Notes under the pieces: generated by a model
Told to the model about the DNA's origin: nothing
Seen by the model: only the letters and a program-made list of their open reading frames with translations
Databases searched by the model: none
Part shown: positions 12,550-24,299 of the stretch, in pieces
Layout of the letters: each line of letters starts with the position of its first letter
Numbering within the stretch: position 1 is the stretch's first letter
Program-made: the position numbers and the translations under genes
NCBI GenBank assembly: GCA_000934665.2
Contig: KZ538494.1
Span: forward strand, 186,001-222,101
DNA: 36,101 nt
Reading direction: 5' to 3'
From: Catajapyx aquilonaris
Taxonomy: Eukaryota

Positions 12550-13879
12550 TAGCTTCAGGCATACACCAGGAAACCTGTCTGAGTTCATCTATAAAATTGT
12601 CAATTCCTATAGCTCCAGCTAGTCGCAATCCACTGTAGCAATGCAGTATCTCCATTTCCCCAAACCTCACAAAATAATGTACGAGACATGGTTCCGGTAG
12701 CCACAAGAGTTGCATGCAGTTGTCATCTTCCCTTCCTGTCCGAAAAGTTTAGAGAAGCCAGTTTTTGGTGCTTCCGTTGCAGCCGAACAGAGAAGCAGCG
12801 CAGCTGATTTTCCCCTCCCAAACTCTTGACTCATTGCATTTTGTTGGTAGGACAGAAAGCAATTTCCCCGGTCGGAAATTGGGATCCTTGAAGGTCTCCG
12901 TCCCGTGTTGCCCGATTGCTTCCCTAGGCTTTCCATCTGTTGAAAAAAAAAATACTCGGAAAGGTTCTAAACTGGTGCGTAACTCCCCTGGAATAGATCT
13001 GCACCTGAGTCTCGCTTTTTATCTCTGCTACCCATCTCAATTCGCATTTATTGGTTTTTGGGCGGGCATTCGGCACAGCTTTCAAGCTCCGGAGAACAGT
13101 TTGAAAAGCAAATTATCTGTCGGACGGCCGGGAAACTGGATAGAAACGATGGCGCTGGGGGACCAACTTAGAGACTCCAATAAATAGGAGGCTGCAGGAA
13201 GCTTCCTGATGCTGCTCCCAAATAAAATTACACCGGGGCTGTCTAGAAGCAGTGCCACTGCTGTTATCAACTGCTTGCACAAATTTTTTTCCCCTTAGCA
13301 GTTATGGCACATATAACTTTTAATATGCTGCAAAACTAGGGAATAATTCACGAGCACCAGGAAGGAGATTCTTGAAAGGGCTAGGCACTCCCTTTCCGAC
13401 TTCTCAAGACTTCTCGAGATAAAAACAAATATTGAACTAATACTGCCAGAAAATTGTGGACGACGATAAAACATCTGATACACATTTTTTGAATACTTTT
13501 ATTAGCATTTATTAGAATATTTGTCATAATGATTGGTCTACAGTCACATACCTGGTCACCATAAAATAATTACATGTAGATATTTTCATTTGCATGAATT
13601 TTTTGCTATACCACAAAATGGCACAATGTAGACCTCTCTTTAATCTGTATGGTATAATAAAGCGACTGATTTTCCTTAGAATTAATCAGTAAAAATTCCG
13701 TGTTACCATTCTTTCCTTTCTCAAATTCTCGATTCATCTTCGTGCCTGTAACGAGAGCATTGAACTGCCTTTGCTTACTTGGGGATGGGGAAGGGCGGTT
13801 ATGCACTGAATGCACATATTAGTGAAGCCTATGTGTTTGAGGAGACCATTCGTTCCACCTACGCATCATGTGCATGAGC

Positions 13880-14200
13880 AGACCACACTGTCTGCAGGCC
13901 TGTTTACATGGGAAGACGGAGGGTGCTACGGGGGAAGAGAAAACAACCACGTTGGCTTGTCCAAAATGTAATTTACGAGCACAGCAGGAACTTCAGCGAA
14001 ACTCAACGTATTAGAATATCCGATGATGGCTTTCTGAACTCGGCGCGGCTATCGTTGGCAATTTGGAATCAGCGGTATCACGATTACCAGGTTGTGATTG
14101 CCCTACTTCCGGCAAGTCACGATGACATGAATTTATGCAATGGTATTTATGGGGAACTGACATTCCATTTTTACCAACTCAGCTTGTAACATTACCACAG
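13880..14200 (+). mobile_element. Decayed Tc1/mariner-superfamily transposase catalytic-domain fragment
   Basis: ORF 13908-14189 reads ISDDGFLNSARLSLAIWNQRYHDYQVVIALLPASHDDMNLC and an adjacent frame gives WYLWGT. This matches the pattern FQQDGA..H.AR...WP.RSPDLNPCDF.LWG.LK with substitutions and frameshifts. Confidence 0.55.
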
Positions 14201-15703
14201 AACACAATAATATTATTACCTCCAGTTCACGTATGACAGACGTGTCGGTTTTTGTAAACTACCACATTGCTGAGTGTGTAGCAGTCATATTCAGGGCAAT
14301 TAAATATTCAATGTTTTCACAGGGTAATGTATTTTTCAATTTATAGCCGTTTGTAACAGTCACACAATACATCGATTTTTCGGCTTTCACATGTTATTTC
14401 TGTGAGAAAAATATTGCTCGAATTGTTTATTTTGTTATGTTGGTACAGAGGTATTTAACATAACATATCACACTTAGCCACCTTTTCTCCAACCTCCACT
14501 GTTGGCATAGTCACCGTCCTCTATAGCAAACATGAGAAAAAATTGCCTAATTTTGTCACAAATTTCAAGCACACCTACAGAGCCCATAGAGGTGCCTCTA
14601 ACAGACAATCAGACAGGTTCGGCCGGGTTCGGCGCATTAAAACCGTATGCAATCTCAATCCATCGTCATTTCTTACGCTCTACTTGGCAAAAACTTGATT
14701 ACATTCATAACTTGCCAGCCAGAGCAAGAAAGAGAGAAGGAAAAAAAAGAACCCGAGAGAGATGAAAGTTCTAAGACATTCCCATTTCAATTATTGTGGG
14801 TTCTCTTCAAAATCCCATCCATGCCTTTCTCCCCCTTGCCACTCAAGTATTTAATTAAGGCGGAGAAGCTCCGGAGGCAGGTTTGCTCAGTCGTAACTTT
14901 CCTTTGAATTCCGGACCGGGTATCCACCGGACAAACATGTTCCGGCCTTCAAAGGAGTCTCTTGGCGCTTTGACCTCCTCCATTCTTAGACTTCCTCGCA
15001 ATAATTACTCCTCAATGAATCTAGAGTACTGTACCATCCCACGTAATACCCGGATTCCAGCCGGCGAGAGAATTCGCCCTAAGCAAGTATACCCCACAAA
15101 AAAAACTGGGGGTCGTTTTTAATCCCCCAAATTCTGGCTCAGGTGACAATGACGCTGCGGGTTCCTATTGTTATGGTTCCGGACTTGGGGAAGAGAAATA
15201 GCCTTAATTTCCCTTTACGCTGCAGGTCTGCGAATCCCGTGCAAAGAGCGAGCGGGGCGTCTTCCGGAAGCCAGTCCCCCCCCCCCTCCTTCCCCCTTCC
15301 TCCCCTCCCGTGTTATGGCGCTACCTAGTCTTTTGTCTTGGGAAGGCCTGAGGGGGAGGCAATCCCCTCAGGGAAAATCCGACACTGAAAAAACCCTGCC
15401 TAGTGTATGCACCCTGGAGAAAAGAATCCTTCGGTGAGCAATGACATTACGCGATTCGCTGCTATATCAATGGGGGATTTATTCCCTTTATGCGAGGATA
15501 AACCAACGAAGTATGCGCGCAGATACTGAGCAGCGGTATGTGATTGTGCAACTATGAAGCATCCGAGGAAAATGCCACCTAAACGTGAAACAAAGACATT
15601 TATAAGCATGGGAATTCGGAGGACTTTCATATCGGCTGACCCAATTTGGCAGGGGTAGGGGTAGGCTGTACCAACAATAAACCGCATGACCTAACTTTCC
15701 TAC

Positions 15704-15786
15704 CAGGTGGATACACTCATATCCTTCAGCGGATACACGCCTATCATCAGCGGATACAAGCGTATCTTTCAGCAGATACAAGCCTA
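15704..15786. repeat. Minisatellite, about 4 units of 21-23 bp (consensus near CAGCGGATACAAGCCTATCTT)
   Basis: Units CAGGTGGATACACTCATATCCTT, CAGCGGATACACGCCTATCAT, CAGCGGATACAAGCGTATCTTT and the partial CAGCAGATACAAGCCTA. Confidence 0.85.
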
Positions 15787-16805
15787 GGAAAGTAGGTAAA
15801 AGTGAGGCGAGGCGTCTCCCGAAGTGAAAGCACAGCCGGAAATTCCACTAAATCAATCTCTACCCTTAAAAATAAAAGTAATTAAAATCAATTTCACGAT
15901 TGAATAAAGCTGACTTTATTTTAACAACATACCAACCTATAGCCGTATGAAACGGCCCAACCTTTTATTTTTATTTTTAAATTCCCAGGGTAGGTTGAAA
16001 AGTGGCCATTAGATGACCGCTCTGTATACACTGCACTGCCCTCATCACGCTGTAACGTAATTATAGCACTCCGGTTTCAGAAATGTCCCATGTAATCGTG
16101 GCCAGAGAGTTCACGTAATGTCAATATGATGTAACTGGAGTTGCGACAAATATGCCCGCTATTTACTGGCCACCATGTCACCGCAAATGTGTTTTTAAAA
16201 CACGTTTTTTAAAAAGGCGCCCCTCATATCCACGCTTTACGTTGAACAAGAGAGGCGCCTGAGTTGCCTGATGCACAGGATGAACTTTACCTTCAAGCCA
16301 GATTTAATGAGGTAACTACTATAAAATTATGCATTTTTGCATTTTAAATAATGTAAGCAATTACTTACACACTGTACATTTTTCGACTGTGGGATTAAAA
16401 TTGTCAATAATATATTGCAAGCCCTATACTTTCTATTGGTGTCGATACACCTCTGGCGGTAATTAAGCAAGCCCGACCTGTTATTAATACACCTGTGTGC
16501 TGACCATACTTTGTGGCGAAAATAATTACGACGGAGTTAGTGACCCCGACGATTTATTTACGCTGTAATTGGCAATTACCGATGCTAGAGGTTTATTGTC
16601 ATGCTCTTGATAAATGATGCTACAGTAAAAACCGGGCTTTAAAATGGGCTCCATTTTCATCTTGCTAACACGCAAACATACGGTACCGGTACTTTTGCAC
16701 ACGAAATAATATAGCGAGTTTCCGAATAATTAGCACATAAGCAGTAAAACTAATATCTTAAAATCGGTTAGGCATGCACATATCTGCGCTACGTCACTGC
16801 AATGA

Positions 16806-16859
<54 letters not shown>

Positions 16860-16910
16860 TATTATTATTATTGTTGTTGTTTATTGTTGTTGTTGTTGTT
16901 GTTGTCGTCG
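16806..16910. repeat. Compound microsatellite (ATT)n-(GTT)n-(GTC)n
   Basis: Directly visible trinucleotide runs with a few interruptions. Confidence 0.97.
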
Positions 16911-19900
16911 CTGGCTTCAGAGGAATTCAACATAAAATGTAAGACACTGCCCTAGTTCGAGCTCTCTTCATCGGCACCAAGCACGTTCAACATATTACGG
17001 AATCCATCGACCTCCGAAAGAAGTAACTGGGCTGGATATAAAGAAACTTTCCCAGATTACTCTCTCCCCCTTTTTCCTCCCAGGTTCGCCCAATTCCACC
17101 GGCGTGCCCTCCAGATGGGTCCCGGACCCTATATCCTGTTGGTGCCTCCTTAGCGGAAAATCCGGCAAAGGCCAGCTGAATCTTAGAGCAACCAACCGCT
17201 CAACCCCCATCCCCCGAAGCCTCTTAGCATTTTCAGTGAAAGTTACCGTACTTTGGTGGGGGTTGAGTAAGGTTGGGAAAGTGCAAGGGGAGGCTGTCCA
17301 ATAAAGGAGGCGAAAGTGGCGCCGCGGGAAACGAGTCTCTCGACGCAAATTCCCCTTGCCAACTTCTCCACTCGCGACCCGATTTTTGCCCCCTCCAGCC
17401 TTCCAACACTTTTCTTCCATCTCCTTCCAGCGCATCTAACCACTGATATTTTTGGGGGGGATGAGGGCAAAGAGAGAGAGACGGTGATAGAGAGAGAAAA
17501 AACGAGAACAATACGCGAGTGGAATCGAAAAGTCTTCCCAACCATACACGGTAAAAACCGAATCAGGTCTTTACAGGTAGGCTGTAGCAACAAGCACTGC
17601 ACTTTTAAATCTGCAAGCAAATCGATCTAAGCCGACAGCGATGGCATATTGACTTCCTGCTTTCATTCTAAGAAACTGTGTTCAAATATTATATGGTTGA
17701 AATTTATTAGTACTGCAGACTAATTATAACCAACTGATGGCTTCACAGAGGCAAAAGGCAGTATATTACGCTGTGCACTATTTCTGATCTCACTTGCCTG
17801 TTTCACAGAGAAGGACCAATATTCACTCAGATCCGAAGCGTGAAGAAATTCCATCAAATGCATGACAAGACGTTATTGGGTTTCTTTGCTGCTACAGACG
17901 GAAGGCGCATTCCACTGACTCGACAATACGAAGAGTCGAATTTGACCGCTCAAGTGTGTGAGCTGCTATAGATTTAAGTGAGAGTAGAAAATAACTGTAA
18001 TACCAATACATTGCTCGAGGGTACCACATTCCTGCTTATGGCTCAGGAGAGGACACACGCAGACCCCCCCAAAAATGACTAATCCGAAGTGTGGTCCACC
18101 AAACAAAATGGGCCCATTGGCCCAGGAGGGACGCTGGTGGTGGTCTGGGTTCAGCTCCATTACGCATTGCACACAGCAAAGGTCCCTCCGCGCACCTGTT
18201 ATTCGCTGGAACGGCACACTTTCTCTACTAATATCACTGTGATTACAAAAAATAAAAGGTGTGCTACACTGCGCTAAACCCACCCGCCCGTCCTGCCACA
18301 GTATGCCGGCTATAGAAACGCATGGACTAAGCCAGGCATTAGCGCAAAAAGAGTGAACTGATCTAAAAGTTGGCAAATGTGAAGCGGGGAGCTCGACAAG
18401 GGACCAGCCCTGGCTTATATCTGGCTCAAATCAGGCGCATCTAGGCTTCCCGCAGTGTTTATAGCAAAATCGAAGTCATTTGCAGAGTGGGCCGTGTAAT
18501 TAAAATTAATCCCCAATTAAGTTCCTAGGGGGTGCACAAGCACCGGTAAGAGCCACGATTCAAAAGAGCCCTACTGCCACACGGCCCCAGGGATAGATCC
18601 AATCATACTAATACCAATAATAAGGCCGGTCCCTTTTGCCACATTTCCAGCGGATGTAATAAGCTTGTTATCCGCCACACCACTCGGATCATCCTCGCTG
18701 TGATTATCCATGTTTTTGCAGACTTTGCAAGAAGGATGGGGGGGGGACTCCAGCAGCTTCTCTGCTTGGATCAGTTTCAAGCGGAGGATTATAGTCCTCC
18801 CAAGATGGATTGCGTGAGAGGGGGGGCTCAGCAGCCGAGAAATTATCAATTTTCATCGAGTGGTATAACTAATGGTCCGAGCTGTGTGTGACTCGGCACA
18901 GTTGGGTCATCGAACCCGATCCGACGACGGTTGAAGCACGGGGGTAAAAGCGGGACAACGCCCAGGATGTTCGTATATAGCCCTAGGAGCCGGATGCACC
19001 AGTGCCATAAATCGGGCCCAATGGACTGAATCCAGGAAAAGAGAAAGGAAGGCAGGAAGGAAAGGGGAAGAGCGACCAACTCAGCTCATTCACGAGATGG
19101 CGTTGATACCATGCAGTTGGGGGAAGGGGGATAAAGGTGTCCCATAGCTGCAGCTAGATTAATCAGCGGTTCTTAAACTGTGTGGCATGAATAGGAGTCG
19201 GAAGCTCGGAACACAAAATAAATCATCGGTTCAATAAAATTTTGGTCGCTTGTCGTGTTCAGGAAAATGGCGAGGTAGTTAGTAATTAGCATGCTAGAGA
19301 ACCAGTTGCTCATTTAATATTGGCAACACTCCTCGCGGACGTAGTATAAAATGCCACTACCAGGTAGTGCACACTTCTGCCTCTCTCAGGGAAAATGTAG
19401 TAGCCTACTACATTCACGTTGGTGATGAGTCACCTAACGATTCTGAGAAAAAAATCGACTTGTACGGTATTGTGCATACTATGGCAATATTATTATATGT
19501 GATTTGCGCAAAAAACCAGATTTAAGACTGGAAACCACTTGAGGAGCGTCGCATTTTCGCAGGAATAATTCTTACACTGCAAGCTGTCATGGTATAAGGG
19601 GAAGAAAAAAATCGGGGGAGGAGTGGGGTGCAAAAAAGCTTATGGAGGGAGTCATGGCCCTCCCCTAATCAATTTAATTAATCTTGAGCTCGTAAAAAAC
19701 ACGGGGGGGGGGGGGGNGGGGGTCGGACGACACGGGCGGGTCAAAAAGTAACTAAGCTCATTTGGAGCCCCCAATTTTTCTCGGTTCTCAGTGGCAAACG
19801 TGAAAAGAGGTCCCAGAAGGTGTGCAGGGACTCCAGCCAGGTCTCTTTTCTCTCGGCTTCTAGGCCAGCTAACAAGGTGCTGGCAAGGAACAAAAAAAGG

Positions 19901-19990
19901 ACCACCTACTGTAGTACTGCAGGGATAGCTGATGAAAAGGCTCTCCCGAGTGGAATGTAAATTCTGGTGGATTACTGCCGATGAGATCTT

Positions 19991-20013
19991 GCTTACCTGG
20001 AAGTAAGAGGAGG
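19991..20013 (-). other. Candidate recursive splice site (YnCAG|GTAAGC)
   Basis: Minus strand CCTCCTCTTACTTCCAG|GTAAGC with the junction between 19997 and 19996. An upstream TTTAG could alternatively define a 17-nt micro-exon. Confidence 0.35.
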
Positions 20014-20175
20014 CTAAATGTAGTGTGACAGTATATTCTGGTCACATTGCCAAATACTTCCCTTGTGGAATGACATTCAGTATAACTAAATGGGAGCATG
20101 CTCAACCATGCAGTTGGGACGTGGCATCAACTGAATGGTTTCAATTATTAATGTGTTTTTCTTCTACAAATGCGG

Positions 20176-20270
<95 letters not shown>
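20176..20270. repeat. Perfect (AAT)n microsatellite (SINE tail)
   Basis: Uninterrupted 95-bp trinucleotide run. Confidence 0.98.
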
Positions 20271-20271
<1 letters not shown>

Positions 20272-20517
20272 GATACCTTGTGATAAGCCTTCTTGGGCTT
20301 TTTACAGAATCATCTTTTAATTGACCGACTTCAATCATTGCATGTGCTGTGATGGATTTTGATAGTGGGAGGAAACGGGAGAGCCCCGAGAAAACCCACG
20401 CACACAGAGAAAACCTATCGAAACTCTATCCACATAAGTATCCTTTGTCCGATCCGGGGATCAAACTCGAGACCTTAGAGGTGGAAGACTGTGGCGATAC
20501 CACTACACCACCCCATA
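20177..20517 (-). mobile_element. Full-length tRNA-derived SINE with V/Meta-type conserved core, (ATT)n tail and 9-bp TSD
   Basis: Minus strand: A box TGGTGTAGTGG (20510-20500), B box GAGTTTGATCCC (20468-20457), core TGCGTGGGTTTTCTCGGGGCTCTCCCGTTTCCTCCC (20402-20367) resembling the GGGTTTTCTCCGGGTACTCCGGTTTCCTCCC motif of V-/Meta-SINEs, (ATT)n tail, direct repeat AAATGCGGA at 20168-20176 and 20518-20526. Confidence 0.9.
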
Positions 20518-22338
20518 AAATGCGGAAAATTATGCAACGATATATTATGATATTGAAATAGTCAAGTTATGCCTGACGTGGTCAACTCCTGCTATTTCCA
20601 AGTACCTGCACCTATGCAAATGGTTAATTTGCAAGAATATCATAGAACAAACAGAGCGAGCTCTGCTTTGTGTAACCTCGCTCAAAGACATGTCGTATAC
20701 TGTATACGCAGACCGCAGTTGTGCACCGTGCGGTTATTGTTATTGTGAGGACACGTTGCAAGATTATTGTGCCTTAGTCATAATTAATTAAGTTTATTTG
20801 GAGTAATGCAGGGTTCTACTGCACCATTTCCTATATGATATGATGTGCAATTTAGTGGGGTATGTTAAGTCATAATCGTATTGCGAACTTTAAGACTTTT
20901 CCATTTTATTAACTTATCTGACCCAGGAGTACTCAATTTTGCAGCTAGATAAGTTTATATTCTCGCTTAATTAGCAAATTGTGCCATAGCTACTGTATAT
21001 TCTAGGAAACATTAATTTTCAATAACCAGTGCACTAAAACGTTAATAGAAAATAATGTTACGTGATTTCAGTTAAAATATTTGGCAGATTATATTAACAT
21101 TGCACAAAGGTTTATAAGTGGTCCTTTTTTAAATAATTGTTGAAAGCTAGATTCATAGCAAACATGTCCTTGAGCATGCCTATCACGCAGTCCAGATTCA
21201 AAGTTACCTGGTTTGTTTGCCTCTACATTACCTACAGCCTGCGTGCGTTATAGCATCACACGAGGACATGGGATTTCTAATGCAAAGTCTACATGAATAA
21301 TGTCATTTCTGTGGATTAGCAGCAGATACTGTAAATTATACGCCCGAAAATACCCCCAGGTAATACTCCGGCAACAAAGCGAAATGAATAAGGCTGTTGT
21401 TGGTAGTCTGAGACGAGTGTTTCATGTTTTTTTGATGTCACAATTCTAACTCGTTAGTGTCACTTAGGCATGATGAAGTGATTGCTATGAGAAAATTACC
21501 CGCATTGAGACGTTTCATGTTTTGTACTAAACATTACTTACATAATGATGTTGAAGAGAAGGGCCTTGTGTATCAGGCAGTATATGATATATAAACAGTT
21601 CAGCTTAGTACTGTATATTCCATAACCGTTTAAATACCCCCATTACCCCGACTACAATAATTATTGTGTGATTATTGTTACATTCAAAAACTCAGATGGA
21701 AAACAATTTAATATGCAAGTACCCCACTTCCCAGCATAATAGGCTGCAGGCAAAGAATCGAAGAACTCGTTACATCTGCTTGGATGTGGTGGGGGACTTG
21801 CCAGAGGCAACGAACGTTATTATTCTTTGGAAAGGTATAACAACAAATTAATTCTCTAATATTACTTTGTGCAGGCAAACGAGGAATGTACTGCAGGATA
21901 GGCTTACAAAAAAAATTGGAGGATAAAAATGTCGTCGACAATCAACAGGCTTATGGAGGCTTGTTTTCCTTCCAGGAAAATAATAACCGTTATATCAGAC
22001 TCATGCACACAATAAGCACCAGCCAGCAAGCCCATATTTGATGTCCATCATCATGTCCTTTATCATTCACTGTTCTACATTTTCTGTCTCGTTTATTCAG
22101 CATGAAGACTTAATAATTATCAAATAATTACGCTGCCTAGTATCAACTTCCTTTGTGTGTATGCTCCCTCAGATATGCAGCATGTGCAGGTTGACTTGTA
22201 TAACTTTATTTAATCTCCATAAATACATGGCCATATGAAAACGGGGTATTTGAGTAGCCTATAACAATCTAACTGCTATAATATTCTGTTATTATTTTGG
22301 CAAACTACCACTGCTGTACATCAATAATATTTTCACAT

Positions 22339-22343
22339 ACACA

Positions 22344-22394
<51 letters not shown>
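22339..22394. repeat. (CA)n(CT)n microsatellite
   Basis: Short AC run followed by about 24 CT units. Confidence 0.97.
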
Positions 22395-22396
<2 letters not shown>

Positions 22397-23143
22397 GCAC
22401 TTTACATTGTCAAATCTTACCAATGAATCTTCTATGCAAAATAACATGCAAATTGAGAACATTTCCTAACTTTTAGCAGTTGTGTAGTCCTTTAACAACT
22501 TAACATTCTGCGGTTTCTCGTAAAATGCGTGATGGCGGAATTAGGAACAGGCTACTCTAATAAGCCGTTTATTATTAATTTCATCGTGCAACACCTGTTT
22601 TATGGTTACATCGAGATTCAGATGTTTATTCTCCTCGAGTCGTTTTAATAACTTATTTAAATTAATAATTTATTAATGCTCTGGTAATCCAGTTTTCAGG
22701 ATCGGATGACACTCTGTTCATAAAGGAACTCTCAACAAACGATCATACTTTGGCTGCCTAATAATTCTCTAGCCCGGACCTACGATAACACACAACCAGC
22801 GAAATACGTCCCCAACACGATTCCAATTCCGCATCGCTATTTGCAGCACGCCGTAAAAAATGCAGAATGCCTGGTTAAATATAGTCCTTTGTAAAGCAGC
22901 ACCGGACACAGAGCGAATGGCTATGAAAATAGACTGCAAGTGGCGGTAGCAAGCACGTACATTAGAGAGCAGAAAGGGACAAGGCGTGAGATTTGTTGGT
23001 GCGTGCTTCCAAGTTGGGATTAGTCACGAGCTCTGGATCCTCCTTCCTGTAGCCTACCTGCCAGCCATGCTCTCTCTCTCTTGCTCTTGGCTGGCTTGCT
23101 CCAACATAGGCCCAAGGGGACATTACACCTTTCCATCCCCACT

Positions 23144-23246
23144 TGGCACGTGCCCCCTCGCCTCAGAATTGCCCACTATATCAACTTACAGGTGTGACGA
23201 GCGCTCAGTCACCTCATCGACTCTACTACACCCAGCTGACCAGCTG
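23144..23246 (+). promoter_or_regulatory. Candidate Pol II core promoter with Hes-type site and E-boxes
   Basis: TGGCACGTGCC 23144-23154; TATA-like TATATCAA starting 23177; Inr TCAGTC 23205-23210 (A+1 = 23207, 30 nt after the TATA start); CAGGTG 23189-23194; CAGCTG at 23233-23238 and 23241-23246. Confidence 0.4.
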
Positions 23247-24264
23247 AATGGACGTGAAACACTCCGGTTGGCAGCTCCAGGAGTGATAACACCAAGGAGT
23301 GCTTATCATACAGAATCTGCCTGCCTGTCTAGGATGACGTTATTTTGAGAGCGGCAGTAGTCCTGTAGCGGCATAAGCCCGGGGTTTGGCTGGGGTTGTG
23401 TCAGACATGGTTGGTGGACAGTTTGGAGTTGCATTGTGTCAGGTCCGTACAAAATATAAAAATATGAGTTATTACTATAGCCATATGTAGAATTGGCTCG
23501 AGTCTGTGCCTCTGTTTGTCCGAGTGTGCCATCAATGTGCTGGATATGGTACTACCTGGAAGGATTTTGCCAAACAGTAGACATCAAAACCATCTATTGA
23601 TGAACTCTTCCCCTATAGGGTCTGTGACCGGGCTTAGATTTGGGGATAGGTCGCATTGAGTTGGCAAGGAGCGAGTCCGGATGCGGTCGGAAAGGATTGT
23701 GTAGAGTCTTTGCGAAGTGAGGAAGGTCCCCACCTCCACTCTATCATAGCGTTTTCTCCCTCATTAGGCCGCGATCAGTCCGGGATAAGTCGGTATTTAA
23801 GCAGGCGAAGCGAGGCAGGACTTGGCTCCCAACCTTATTTCCGCCCCGTTTGAGCCCAGAGAAAAGGACTGGCTTGGAGATAGAACCGAGGGAAGAAGAA
23901 GAAGAGGTGGGAGAAGGAAAGGAACACGGGCTCATTTTCGCCTTCCGATAAATCCAGGGCTCGGAACGCCGACTCTTTTCTAGGCAGAGTAGAGGAAATC
24001 CTTCTCTTCTTTTCCTCCTTTTTTTTGTTCCTTCTTTTTTTTTCTGGGAGCAACCTGGATGATTCCCTATTTCTTTTCTTTCCACTCGTTCTCCCATTTC
24101 CTGTGTCAGTCTCGCTTCTTTTCACTCCGAGAGAAGAGCGTAAAAAGCTCTGCGGTTGCGCGCACCAGATCCTCATTTACAGCCAATCCGATTTTGATTT
24201 CCAGACAACGGACACCTGGTTTGTTTCCATTGGGGGATTCAACTCCATGAAAGAGTCCTCTTAC

Positions 24265-24299
24265 CTGCTGCCATTCGACACCAGTAAATTCAAAGGGAA
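24265..24299 (-). other. Candidate 35-nt micro-exon
   Basis: Minus strand TTTATTTTTTCTCGTAG|TTCCCTTTGAATTTACTGGTGTCGAATGGCAGCAG|GTAAGA; good acceptor and donor; not a multiple of 3. Confidence 0.25.

Noticed and set aside
16940..16979. tRNA-like 3' end GTTCGAG...GGCACCA on the plus strand
   Set aside because: No T-stem, acceptor stem or A box can be formed.
2700..19970. Partial matches to conserved miRNAs (miR-10-like near 2710, miR-71-like near 6869, miR-92-like at 9421, miR-1-like at 19951)
   Set aside because: Only the first 9-11 nt match and I saw no precursor hairpin.
20025..20338. Poly-Asn and poly-Leu ORFs
   Set aside because: Translations of the (AAT)n SINE tail.
23680..23960. RNase MRP RNA resemblance (GGAAGGTCCCC at 23721 and ACACGGGCTCATT near 23924)
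   Set aside because: P4 pairing is one G short, there is too little room for P2/P3 before CR-I, no GARAR loop follows, and the interior is a low-complexity purine tract. An Infernal scan would settle it.
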